From contig NC_043004.1 in assembly GCF_006345805.1 (NCBI RefSeq), forward strand, positions 32,736,001 to 32,800,000: a DNA stretch of 64,000 nucleotides, read 5' to 3'. Source of the stretch: Octopus sinensis (lineage: Eukaryota). Below, piece by piece: positions 49,790-61,534 of this stretch; the first letter of the stretch is position 1; each line of letters begins with the position of its first letter. The notes beneath the pieces are model-generated. The model made no database searches and was not told the origin of the DNA. It saw only the letters and a list, made by a program, of their open reading frames with translations. The translations under genes were made by a program, and so were the position numbers.

Positions 49790-50524
49790 CTCTTTCGCTT
49801 GTTTCAGTCATTTAACTGCGGCCATGCTGGAGCACTGCCTTTAGTCGAACAAATCAACCCCAGGACTTATTCTTTGTAAGCCTAGTACTTATTCTATCGG
49901 GTATCTTTTACCGAACCGCTAAGTCACGGTGACGTAAACACACCAACATCGTTTGTCAAGCGATGGTGGAGGGAGAAACTCAGACATACACATACATACA
50001 TATATATATACGACAGGCTTCTTTCTGTTTCCGTCTACCAAATCTACTCACAATGATTTGGTCGGCCTGAGGTTATAGCAGAAGACACTTGTCCAAAGTG
50101 CCACGCTGTGGAACTGATCCCGGAACCATGAGGTTGGCAAGCAAGCTACTTACCACACAGCCTCTCTTTCATCTTTTATATCTTCTCCTTGTTTCAGTCA
50201 TTGGATTGTGGTCATACTGGAGCACCGCCTTGAAGGGTTTTAGTTAAACAAATCAACCTTAGTATTTATTTTTATCAGTCTATTTTGGTCGAACTGCTAA
50301 GTTACGAGGTTGTAAATAAACCAACACTAGTTGCCAAGCGATGCTGAGGGGGACAAACACAAAACACACACACAGACTTGAGAAGTTCGCTTCACAACGA
50401 CTTGGTTTTGGTTTTCATCTCATTGCCCGGTAGCTTGAGCAAGTGTCTTTTACTATAGTCATAGCCCCGGGTCGACCAATAACTTGTGAGCGAATCTGGT
50501 AGTCGGAAACTGTGTGGAAACCTT

Positions 50525-50582
<58 letters not shown>

Positions 50583-50591
50583 ATGTATGTA

Positions 50592-50639
<48 letters not shown>

Positions 50640-50800
50640 CGTGCGTCTTCGTGTTTGTTCCTCAACTGCTTGACAGCCGGCGATGTTGGTTTGTTTGCGT
50701 TCCACATAACTTAGCGATGCAACAAAACGGACTATTCATTCGTCCAAACCCTTCTAGGCGATGCTCCATCATGGCCGCAGTCTAATGACTGAAACCACTA
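49790..50800. mobile_element. Three family B SINEs (49790-50162 -, ~50185-50380 -, ~50400-50800 +)
   Basis: Family B head, body and tail motifs with (TG)n(TATG)n cores. Confidence 0.8.
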
Positions 50801-51079
50801 AAAAAATATATAGTTATGTATGTGCGTGTGTGCATGCATGCATGCGTGTGTGCCTGTGTGTAGGACTGTGCGTGAGTGCGTGCATGTGTGTCTGTGTGTG
50901 TGCGCGCGTGTTTGTGCGTGTGTGTGTGCGTGTGTGTGTGTGTTTGTGCGTGTGTGTGTGTGCGCGTGTGTGTGTACGTATGTGTGTGTGTGTGTTCTAA
51001 GAATCCAACATGTTTAAAGACGGATATTTTCTACAGAAATCGCTTTTTACTTAAGAAAAAACAGGTTTAAGAAAATGCA

Positions 51080-51103
51080 GTCACGTGAATGTCTGCGCAT
51101 GCG
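51080..51103. promoter_or_regulatory. Candidate housekeeping-type promoter: E-box (GTCACGTGA, USF/MiT-TFE CLEAR-like) + NRF1-type palindrome (TGCGCATGCG)
   Basis: Two consensus motifs 5 bp apart in non-repetitive, CpG-retaining sequence, at the edge of a CpG-depleted domain. Confidence 0.55.
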
Positions 51104-51580
51104 TGAACGTAGTATACACGCAGTGAACGATGTCCACAATTATAAATTTCTTAATAACGGTCGTGTTGATATTTTTCTCTGTTAAATTTTAATTGCAAAC
51201 GTCATCTCCAACAAACCATATTTCTCATTAACTTATATGAAGTTTTAAACACTTTTGTAGCTTAGTGCTTATTTTTATTAGCAATTTGCCCTCCAGAAAT
51301 ATTTGGAGTGGAGGCAGGGGTGGGGAATGGGACAAAAAAATAACAAAAATAATGGCAAGAAATATAAAAAAATATTAAACTTGTTAGAATTGCATTGCAT
51401 TTAAGTCTAACCGCAGTTACCTCCCTTATTCGTGTGTCTTCTGATATCATTTCAGATTTTCTCTCTCCACACACAATCAAATACTTTTAAATGTTTATTG
51501 GTTAATCCTAAAGTCTCCCTCCTTGTCTTTCAAACACGTTGTTCTTGTGTGTGTGTGTGTGTCACATTTTTTTCTCTGTA

Positions 51581-51970
51581 CTAGCAGTATCGCCCAGCAT
51601 TGCCCGGGTTTGTTTCGACCCTTTAGAATTGGAATTTTTGAAAAGTAAGAAATTTGCATTATGTAGCTTGTTATTCTCTTTAAGTGAACTTTTTTCTAGT
51701 TGAAATACACCGACAAATGGCGACAGAGCAGTAAAAAGATCGTAAAAAATAGGGATTTTCATAGAAAAAAAGCACCTTTTTATGTAAATAATTTTTGGTG
51801 TTAACATGGTCCAATTTGAATTTTATCTTCCACGGAAGGAAGAGCAAGCTTCTTCTATCATACTCTCAATTTTGGTCAACTTGTGCCGCAGGGTCTCGGA
51901 GGAGATAGTGTTAGTTGAAGGCTACCAAACCTGCCATACACAGACAACTTCAGCTTTATATATATATAGA
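51581..51970 (-). mobile_element. Non-autonomous Helitron, third copy
   Basis: Same termini and body as 37096 and 39512; hairpin shows CG>CA changes. Confidence 0.88.
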
Positions 51971-51994
51971 AATTACTTTTATAGCACGTAATGT

Positions 51995-52490
51995 CTCATT
52001 ACTATAGCCCAGGGCTTTGGCGAAAGAGGTTGTGTGGAGCACAAGGCTGAGAAGATTAAGGGAAGACACCTTCCTCTTCGGTCAAGCTTCACCTGGAATG
52101 TAACATGAGGAGGGAGAGGGAAGTTCTAGCTCCCAGTGAATTTGTGAAAAGATGGGTGACTGTAGCAAAACTGGTTTAGAGTGAATGGCCCTACACTAAA
52201 CCTGCACCTGTATATTGGAGAGCAAGAGAGAGGGATCAGAATTTTTGGTGGTCAGGGTAGTCGTGGATCTGTGGGGTTCCTTGATTGACCCTAGTTGGAA
52301 TTTCTCCTTTAATCAGGAGGATTACATCATTCATGTTATCACTTCGTATCTATACTTTTAATGCATTTCACTCTCTTTTCCATTTCTTTCTCACCCACCC
52401 TTTTTCTTAATCCCCACAAAAATTGTTGACTGCCTTTGTGATTTCCCTCTCATCTATGTCCCTGTGGCTAATAAAAAGAAATTATTATTG
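51995..52490 (+). mobile_element. Tx1/L1-like LINE 3' fragment
   Basis: Peptides ALAKEVVWSTRL and RREREVLAPSEFVKRWVTVAKL resemble L1/Tx1 C-termini as I recall them; T-rich 3' UTR ending AATAAAAAGAAA. Confidence 0.5.
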
Positions 52491-52510
52491 TTATTATTAT
52501 TATTATTATT

Positions 52511-52893
52511 AAGGTGGCAAGCTGGCAGAATCATTAGCACACTGATGAAATGCTTAGCAGTATTTCAGCCATCACTATGTTCTGAGTTCAAATTCTGACT
52601 TTATCTTTCATCCTTTTGGGTCCATAAATTAAAAATAAAAAAAAAAATGTTCCTTCTTGAGTTATGCCTGGCTCATAAGGGCCGGTTTCCGGTTTCAGTG
52701 GCGTAGAAATTCCCCACCTGGACGGGACGCCGGTCCGTCGCAGGATTACTCATTTTTGACTGCTGAGTGGACAGGAGCAATGTGAAATGAAGTGTTTTGC
52801 TCAAGAACACAATGCATCGCTCGGTCCAGGAATCGAAACCACAACCTTACGATCATGAGTTCAACACCCTAACCACTAAGCCTTGCGCCTCTA
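52511..52893. mobile_element. CpG-decayed family A SINE (52511-52630 +) and family C head with tail T3 (52650-52893 -)
   Basis: GGTGGCAAGCTGGCAGAATCATTAGCACACTG vs consensus GGCGGCGAGCTGGCAGAATCGTTAGCACGCCG; T3 = GAAACCGGCCCTTATGAGCC...AAGAAGGAAC. Confidence 0.8.
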
Positions 52894-53379
52894 CATAAAT
52901 TAAGTAATAATGAAACACTGGGGTTGATGTAATCGATTTGTCCCCTCTCCTCCTCAAATTTCAGCTCTTGTGCCTTTAGTAGAAAGGATTATTATTATTT
53001 TTATTATTATTATTATTGTTATTATTAGAAGCAAAAATAGAAGAGTGCCATTGTTATCAAGTGAACGATACTTCGACATCTTGTGTGTTTTCCACAGGTT
53101 CAAAAAATAAACTTGTCAATCTACTTCATTTTGGTTAATGCTAGCATGGAAAACAGACGCTAAATGATGATGATGATAGGACTGAGGTAACTCCTCCAGA
53201 AGATATAGAAGTAAAAATAGAATTATGCCTATATATATTAACCAAAATGAAGTAGATTGGCAAGTTTATTTTTTGAACCTGTGGAAGACACACAAGATGT
53301 TGAAATATCGTTCACTTGATAACAATGGCACTCTTCTATTTTTGTTTCTATATCTTCTGGAGGTGTTACCTCAGTCCTA

Positions 53380-53380
<1 letters not shown>

Positions 53381-53417
<37 letters not shown>

Positions 53418-53900
53418 GTTTGACTTTTGCTTTACATTTGTACAAGTTGGCTCCAAGTCTCACCCAGAGACCTCAAAAGACAACAAGTTAGAAGTTCATG
53501 TTGGTGTTATGCCTAGGGTGTCTAATATATTTGGTTTTGTACATAGTGTTGTTCTAGAGAATGTTTAAGAAACCATAAGAAAATTATGTGTTTGTTTTAA
53601 AACTTGAGATTACATAGAAAGTATTTTGCGTAAGATATGGGCAGTTCCTATGAGCACTATCTTTTGAATTTCTGCCATTTGGAGTTTCCTGGTATCTGAG
53701 CTAGATTATTATTATTATTATTATTTACGTTATTGCTGCTTTGTCTTTTATGAGCTGTACCATGTTTCACCCAGAGACCTCAAGTAACAGCAAGTTGGAC
53801 TTTTTACTATGGATATCATTTATGATTAGCAATGATATATTGTAGGGAAAAGAAGCCACAATCCAAGGACTGACATTCTGGTGCATTTGTAATATTTCAA
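53381..53900 (-). mobile_element. R4/Dong-like RLE retrotransposon 3' fragment(s) between (AAT)n tracts
   Basis: 53610-53700 encodes QIPG..AEIQKIVLIGTAHILRKILSM* with one frameshift; (AAT)n at 53381-53414 and 53705-53725; second older 3' end at 53726-53900 shares TCACCCAGAGACCTCAA. Confidence 0.75.
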
Positions 53901-54119
53901 TTTTGATGGAGTTTTAAGAGAATCATTATTGTCTTCTTGGTATTGTCTCTGTCCTCCTCCTCCTCCCCTCCCCTCCTCCCCCTCCTCCTCCTCTTTCTTC
54001 TAATTGTCATCACTGACACAGTCCTCCTCCTTGCCTTGCACAAACTGTTTTGTGGCACTTTACATTCTGAGTTCAAACCCCATCATGGTCAGGATGGTGA
54101 GCAGATTGTCATAATGGTT

Positions 54120-54330
54120 TCAAATTTTGGCACAAGGCCAGCAATTTTGGGGGAAGGGAGTAAGTCAATTACATTGACCCCAGTATTAGACTGGTCCTTA
54201 TTTTATCATCCCCGAAAGGATGGAAGGAAAAGTCAACCTCGGTGGGATTTGAACACAGAATGTAAAGACAGATGAAATGCTGCTAAACATTATGTCCGAC
54301 ATGCTAACAATTCCGCCAGCTCACCGCACC
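54120..54330 (-). mobile_element. Family A SINE, CpG-decayed
   Basis: TTTTATCATCCCCGAAAGGATGGAAGG...GCCAGCTCACCG. Confidence 0.8.
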
Positions 54331-55189
54331 ACATTCCACCAAACATTGTAAAATTGCAGGGACAATTTCACAAGCCTCACTTTATTTATTAATTTTAGCT
54401 TATTAATTAACTGCTAATCATGCAGGCCAAATAATTTACGACATAAAACCCTGTGTGTATTTATTGTCTTGGAGTTGGACACTGATCAACTGACAGTATA
54501 ATCATCATGTTAACGTCTGCTTTTCCATGCTTGCATGGGTTGGACGGGATTTGTTGAGGCTGCATGCTCTTCCTGTCACCTACCCTCACCTATCTCCAAG
54601 TAAGGTATCTTATCCTTTGGCCGGACATGGCTTTGTGGGAGACTAGAAATTCATTTACAACAGTCATGTGATGTCAAGACAAGGAAACACACACACACAC
54701 ACACACGTGCACACACACACACACGCACACACACACACACATTTGGCTGTTGGTGTCAATAGTTGTGCTGATGATGTCTTTTGAGGCAGAAACGTATACC
54801 CATCACTGTCCTCTTATCTCCAAACAATAAACCTGTCTTGTTTCCTTAATGGCAATTCATCTTTAGAGAATTCTTGCTTCTTGACATTGTCCCCACTTCT
54901 CCTAAGGAGCTGATCTGAATTTCCTTTTGCTAACTGCAAGTCACCCTCCTGAAGCAGAGATGGTTTTAAGGAATCAAAAACTTAGGTTGTATGGCATTTG
55001 ATAGGGACAAGCATAGCCATAGTCACAGGTATGGCTCTGTGACCGAAAAGCTAGCTTCCTATGTAGTCTTTGCTATGGTTTTACTGCTCATCACGTTTGG
55101 TGTCTTCTAATATAGTCTCAAGACAAAGCCTTGTGAATGGATTTAGTAGAGAGAAACTGAAGGAAGTCTATTATATTATATTGCATAAG

Positions 55190-55670
55190 TCATTGTGCCA
55201 GTGGCACAGGTGCCAGTTGTGTGGCAGATATTGGTGTCACACAACTGGCACTTGTGCCGGTTGCAAGTAAAAGCACCTATTACATTGTCAGAGTGGTTGG
55301 CATTTGGAAGGGCATCCAGCTGTAGAAAACGGTACCAAATCAGACTTGAGTCTGGTACAACCCCCCAGTTTACCAGCCCTGGTCAAACTGTCCAACCGCC
55401 GTTCAAGAATTTGGACCTGGAGATATCCATTTCCAGCGACTTCAAGGGCCACCTCCCAGTGGTGTCGGGCGTCAACGAAGAGCCCTCGACTACAACAAGA
55501 CGACCAAAGTTCTTTTTTTCCATGGTCTGGGGTCTCCTGCCCCTAAAGCCCTAGACCATCACCTAATCACTCTTACCTGTCTTGTTGCTTAACAACAACA
55601 ACAACTGTCCAACCCATGCCAGTATGGACAATGGATGTTAAAATGATGATGATGACGATGATGATGATGA
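55190..55670 (+). mobile_element. Family E element containing a 205-bp (CAA)n-tailed insert (55398-55602) with 12-bp TSD
   Basis: AACTGTCCAACC at 55386-55397 and 55603-55614; the insert is CpG-rich relative to its flanks. Confidence 0.8.
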
Positions 55671-56294
55671 TTTAGTGTCAGTCTACCAGATCCGAGCACA
55701 AGGTTTTGGTTGGCCCAGGACTGTAGTAGAAGACCCTTTCCTAGTGTGCTTTGCAGCAGGACCGGACCTCCAAAACATGTTGGTAAATGAACTAATTAAA
55801 TTAACTACATGGACACTGCTGCTTGCCTATGTACAGCTATGCGTATGTCTAAACACAGCACCCCTTCCACACACACACACACACCACACACACACACACA
55901 CACACATACACATACATTCATTGAAACAATCCCTGGTAACCTCACAAAAACATTCCATCTGCACCTTATGTTTTCCCTTTTGTTGTGTGAGTCTCTCCTT
56001 GCCAGTGAACTTGTCATTGTATATTAAGGGTAAGTGCAATGCACTGCTCAGTGCTGAGTCAACAGTAAGTGTATTGCTGGGTTTGTTTAGATTTACAGAA
56101 GACAGTTGAACAAATGCACAACCAGTGAAATTTGAGTAAAACAAAAAATAAATAAATAAAATGGGAAGAAAAAAATTACAGACTATGCAAAAGATATTTG
56201 TTTAAATTTGATAAAAAACGGAATTATTTATTATTTAAGAATATTTGAAATTTATTTAACCTTTTCTGTTTTTGTTTTTTTTTCTATTTTACAG

Positions 56295-56361
56295 GCAGTT
56301 TTTAACACAAACAATAACATATCACTGTTGGTTAGCATTTGGAAGATACATTCTCTAAAAG
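56295..56361 (+). other. Candidate exon (67 nt), UTR or coding
   Basis: Long polypyrimidine tract TTTTTGTTTTTTTTCTATTTTACAG acceptor and AAAG|GTGAAT donor; only frame 1 is open (AVFNTNNNISLLVSIWKIHSLK). Confidence 0.4.
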
Positions 56362-56574
56362 GTGAATTCTATGTGTTTTTTCTTCTATTTTAATTTGTTT
56401 TGTTTAAATGATATGGTTGGCTGAGTTCTTAGTGTCACAGTTGGCCAGTTGAGAGTGCACTGGCTTGTGTCTTGTCACTGACCCTGTTCTGTCTGTAATC
56501 AAGACTCTGTGTCACTGAAAGAATGAGGTTGTCTGGCTTTAACTTGTTGTTGTTGTTACCCCAAAGTGAAAGAA

Positions 56575-56860
56575 CATGGCTTGGTGGTTCGGGCATTTGG
56601 CTCACAATTGTAACGTTGTGAGTTCAGTTCTCAAAGACTCAATGTGTCCTTGAACAAGACACTTTATTTCACATTGCTCCTGACAAAAATGAGGAGTACC
56701 TGTAATTCAAGTGGGCCAACCATGTCACTTTTTGTGTCATGGTGAATGTCCCTGAGAACTTCATCAATGGTATGCGTGTCTGAGGAGTACTCAGCCACTT
56801 ATATGTTCATTTAATGAGCAGGCTGTTCTGTTGATCAAAGTCACCAGAACCCTTGTTATC
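56575..56860 (+). mobile_element. Family C SINE (H2+T1), CpG-decayed
   Basis: TGTGTCCTTGAACAAGACACTTTATTTCACATTG; tail T1 with many CG>TG/CA changes. Confidence 0.8.
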
Positions 56861-56861
56861 A

Positions 56862-57260
56862 TAATAATAATAATGAAATTAGTGTGTACAGTGCTCAGGT
56901 GCTCTACAACTCATTAAAGGTGCATGTACAGTTCATAGAATTATGTACAAAAGTCAGGAAAGCAAACAGTGTATGAGTCATGATATACAGGTGTGCATGC
57001 ATATGGAGGTGGAGAACAGCCGGTGTAGTGTTGGTGAATTTCAGGAAGCATGGACGTTTTAAAGGATGCAATGTCTCAGTAGCTTACAACCGATGCAGGT
57101 AGTTTGTTCCATGCTTCAGCAACTCTGGGTGTGAAAAACTGTTTCCGAAAGTCATTGGAGCTGTGCTGTTTTCTGACCTTGTAGACATGTCCACATGTGT
57201 TAGACACATGGAGCTGAAAAAGGTGCTCAAAGTGGTTGTTGGCATGATGGAATGTCAGGT
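56862..57260 (-). mobile_element. CR1-clade LINE 3' fragment with (ATT)n tail
   Basis: TCGHVYKVRK...RKQFFTPRVAEAWNKLPASVV is the typical CR1 TRGH..K / FF..RV...WN.LP C-terminus. Confidence 0.88.
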
Positions 57261-57264
57261 ACCG

Positions 57265-58129
57265 AAAGCCAGTCTCTGATTGGATAATTTTTAAAAGACT
57301 CGGTATTTGACAATAATCAAGTGTGATTTTCAGGTATATTGTTGTTAGTGCTGCCACCTAGCTAAGTATGGTACCTACCATCCTGCAAGGTGGCGAGCTG
57401 GCAGAAACATTAGCATGCCGGGCGAAATGCTTAGTGGTATTTCGTCTGCTGCTACATTCTGAGTTCAAATTCCGCCGAGGTCAACTTTGCCTTTCATCCT
57501 TTCGGGGTCGATTAAATAAGTACCAGTTACACACTGGGGTCGATATAATCAACTTAATCCGTTTGTCTGTCCTTGTTTGTCCCCTCTATGTTTAGCCCCT
57601 TGTGGGTAATAAAGAAACAGAATGTTAGTTACCCAAAGCCAGTCTCTGATTGGATAATTTTAAAAAGATTCAGGTATTTGACAATAATCAAGTGTAATTT
57701 TCAGGTATATTGTTGTTAGTGCTGCCACCTAGCTAAGTATGGTACCTACCATCCTGCAAGGTGGCGAGCTGGCAGAAACATTAGCATGCCGGGCGAAATG
57801 CTTAGTAGTATTTCGTCTGCTGCTACATTCTGAGTTCAAATTCCGCCGAGGTCAACTTTGCCTTTCATCCTTTCGGGGTCGATTAAATAAGTACCAGTTA
57901 CACACTGGGGTCGATATAATCAACTTAATCCGTTTGTCTGTCCTCGTTTGTCCCCTCTATGTTTAGCCCCTTGTGGGTAATAAAGAAACAGAATGTTAGT
58001 TACCCAAAGCCAGTCTCTGATTGGATAATTTTAAAAAGATTCAGGTATTTGACAATAATCAAGTGTAATTTTCAGGTATATTGTTGTTAGTGCTGCCACC
58101 TAGCTAAGTATGGTACCTACCATCCTGCA
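57265..58129 (+). repeat. X-S-X-S-X tandem array (period ~371 bp; X ~124 bp, S = family A SINE + 14 bp)
   Basis: AAAGCCAGTCTCTG at 57265, 57635 and 58006; the third X stops exactly where the SINE would start. Confidence 0.93.
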
Positions 58130-59124
58130 CACACACCAGCATAAAATAAGGAATTATATGGAGACAATCTGACCATCTGAATCTGATACCCTGTCTCCAT
58201 TCATTGCCTTTTGTGTCACTGTCTCTGCCTGTAGATCTTAGTGAAGTTGACCAAGATGGACTTTGCCAGAACATAGCAGTTGCTTCCCTTCTCTTATTAT
58301 TGACTTAACTTTAAGTTGGTAACACAAGTGATTGTTATTTAACCCCAGGTCAGCTCTAAACCAGCAGGCCTATGACCAAAACTTATTCCTTCCATCCCTT
58401 TACCCTCCTGTCTATTTAAGGTTCCATTAGACATTGTGCCTCTTGTTTTTCTGAGATGTGATTCGAAGGACATTTTGCTGCCATTTCTCACATGGTGAGT
58501 GACCACATAAAAAATTCCTCATTGGTTTATAACACAAAGGTTATACATCATTGCAATAAACTGTGGCTGCCCTGTAAAACTGACCAATGGTTTGTTACGT
58601 GGCAGTTTATCCGGGAAGAGGTTTGTCTCTCATCTCTTTTTAACACCATTGGAACTGGATAGAAAGACCATTCTCACAGACCAAAAACCATCTCTGAAAA
58701 TGCAGATGAGAAAAGTAAAACATTTTCCCCCTCTTCACCATCATCATTTAATGTGCTTGCATGGGTCAGGTTTTCTAAGGCTGAATGACCTTATATGGTC
58801 AGATGCAACCCTTACCTGCTTTTAGGCCATATAATGGTTCCTGGTGGTTGGACATGTTTTCACAGGAGAATGAAAGTGAGGGTCACTGGTTCTGTGACAG
58901 TGAAACTCCATTTCAACAGATGTGTGATGTATAGACAAGGACACACACACACATATATGATCGTTTTTGATCAGTTTTCATCTACCAAATCTACCAAATC
59001 CCCTTTGGGGCTATAGTAGAACTACAAATCGCCAAAGTACCATGCTGTGGGACTGAACCTGAGAACATATGGTTGGGAACTGAATGTCTACCGCACAGCC
59101 ATAGTTTAGACATGATTACTCTCT

Positions 59125-59385
59125 TTACTTACTTGTTTCAGTCATTTGACTGCAGCCATGCTGGGGCACCACCTTTAGTCAAACAATTCGACACAGGACT
59201 CATTCTTTGTAAGCCTAGCACTTATTCTACCGATCTCTTTTGCTGAAATGCTAAGTTACAGGGACGTAGACACACCAGTATCGGTTGTCAAGCGATATTG
59301 GGGGCGGGGAGAAACACAGACACACAGACATGCACACACACACATACATACATACATGCATACATGCATGCATGCATGCATGCAT

Positions 59386-59419
<34 letters not shown>

Positions 59420-59570
59420 GGGCTTCTTTCAGTTTCTGTCTACCAAATCCACTTACAAGGCTTTGGTCTGCCCAAGGCTATAATAGAAGACACTTGCCCA
59501 AGGTGCCATGCAGTGGGACTGAACCCGGAACCATGTGATTGGGAAGCAAGCTACTTACCACACAGCCACT
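59125..59570 (-). mobile_element. Family B SINE, full length, CpG-decayed
   Basis: Tail, (CA)n(CATG)n core, head ACCACACAGCCAC. Confidence 0.88.
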
Positions 59571-60190
59571 GTTGGTTCAATGAAGGTTACGATGTTTACT
59601 GTCACCTATTTCTTCTCCTTATGCTGCCCTGACCTATCTCAATGTTTGTTTTTTATATCTGAACGTCTCTTGTTGACACAGATTACAAATCTATCAACAA
59701 TACAAGAGTTTGTATTTATATAATGGTTTGACGTGTCAACATTGAAAATACAAACACCCTCCACCCTTGCTGGAGTTATAAGTAGGTGTGCAAAAGGGTG
59801 CAGGTGTGGGTATGTGCTTAAGAAGGTCACTTTGCGACAAAATAGTTTTTGGTTCAATTTCGCCTCACAGCTCCTTTTAAAGAATTATATATACAGAAGC
59901 CTGTCGGAGTTAGCTCCCCTCTTCTTGTTTGCTTGCCAGCAAGTTTAAAGATACCACTTTACCTTTGGGTGCCTGCGGTGGGTGGCATTCAGTTGCGAGC
60001 AAGTCTATCATCTGCAGGTAATTCGTATCTTGCTATTATACTGCCAGGAAACCTGTAAAAATAAGGGCTTGGCTGCATTTCGTCCTCTACCCAAGTCATA
60101 TAATATATATATATATATACAAAATTATTTAATCAATTAAAACCAGTGGCCTAGCATATTTAAAAAAAATCCAAAGATTAGAAATTTTTT

Positions 60191-60429
60191 TACATACAAA
60201 ATTTAGAGGACTGACCACTAAAAAAATGGACAGCCTATATGCTAGATATAGACGTCAAAATCGCCATTTTCCACGAAGAATGTGTTCTCAAGAAAAAAAC
60301 TCAGCTTTGGTTTTTTGCTGAATTTTTTCCTTGAAAACACATTTTTCGTGGAAAATGGCAATCTTGACGTCTATATCTAGCATATAGGCTGTGCATTTTT
60401 TTAGTGGTCAGTCCTTTAAATTTTGTGTA
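60191..60429. mobile_element. Foldback / palindromic MITE (~115-bp arms, 11-nt loop)
   Basis: AGGACTGACCACTAAAAAAATG.ACAGCCTATATGCTAGATATAGACGTCAA and its reverse complement; loop 60306-60316. Confidence 0.85.
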
Positions 60430-60499
60430 TATATATATATATATATCATGATAGTGTCTATTTTACCCATGTATATTGTGTATACGTCCATGTGTAAAG

Positions 60500-60760
60500 T
60501 GTGTGGTCTAGTGGTTAGGATGTTGCACTCATGATCACTAGATCGTGGTTCAATTCCTGGACCAGGCAAGCACATTTCATTTTTGAGCTCCACTCCACTC
60601 AGCTGTAAATGGGTGCACTCCATGACAGACTGGTCTTCCAATCAGGGAGAGTGTTGGCCTGCTTGCCTAGCCAGTGGGGTGGTGTCATTCAAAAGCTAAA
60701 ACAATGTGAAGTGCATTGTGACCAGTGATATATAACATCTGATAGTCTGGTTGATACTGA
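60500..60760 (+). mobile_element. SINE with H2-like head + tail T2, CpG-decayed
   Basis: GTGTGGTCTAGTGGTTAGG, GGTTCAATTCC, then TTGGCCTGCTTGCCTAGCCAGTGGGGTGGTGTCATT. Confidence 0.8.
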
Positions 60761-60828
60761 GATATCTGTCAGTCTGTCTAAAAAGAGAAAAAGTAAAAAA
60801 AAAAAAAAGAAAACTCCATGAACAAAAG

Positions 60829-60900
60829 GAGACAATGTCTCAAAGTATTGTGGAATTTATAGCAATTTTACTGTTCTTCATTTTGGTATAATTACCATTG
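60829..60900 (+). other. Candidate exon ending at a strong donor; 5' boundary uncertain
   Basis: ATTG|GTAAGT at 60900/60901; the frame ending in phase 1 (DNVSKYCGIYSNFTVLHFGIITI) joins the 62577 exon in frame; no good acceptor found. Confidence 0.3.
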
Positions 60901-61213
60901 GTAAGTTAGTGTAAGAGATCTTTGGAAATGGAAGACAGTAATGTTATTATCTTAACAAATCAGATTATTGGATTAGTTAAATAAGTCTTCATCTTCATCA
61001 GAAGACTATGAACTACCAATTTTGGCACTTCTCTGTCTATTTAAGTACATCCATTATGATGGCGGTGATGGTTGAGAAACCATTATATGTGTAGTTCACA
61101 GACAGCTTTGTCAACTGATGTGGAATCTTGAGTGTTGGTTCGCAGCAGAGCTGAATTTTGCATGTTTGGCATTCACTGTTGGAACCGTGGATAGTCTGGT
61201 CATTTATTTTTCA

Positions 61214-61435
61214 CCCTTCTTGATATCAATCCACCTAAGACCAATTCTGGTTCTGTGATACAAGCTCCCTGTTTTAAAACGATAAATTAAAACTCGTCAA
61301 TAAAAATTTCGTGTCAATTCTGTTCTAAACTCCAGCTTAAGAATGACAAAGTTATTTCACCAAATTCTTTGTTATTTTTCGAAATTTATTTAAAGAGAGA
61401 TCGTGTATTTCAACAGAAATATGCTAACAAGAGGG
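61214..61435. mobile_element. piggyBac-like MITE
   Basis: CCCTTCTTGATA...TAACAAGAGGG imperfect TIRs; TTAA on the right, TTCA on the left. Confidence 0.6.
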
Positions 61436-61534
61436 TTAAAATATTTTGGTGTGGAGAAGAGACACAGTACCCATCAAGAGGCCCTATCATGTGGAGGGAG
61501 ATAGAGTCCCTTAATATATATATATATATTTATT

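Noticed and set aside
51130-51192. Signal-peptide-like ORF MSTIINFLITVVLIFFSVKF after the promoter motifs
   Set aside because: Only 20 codons, no donor site, and AT-rich DNA readily yields hydrophobic ORFs; at best a uORF.
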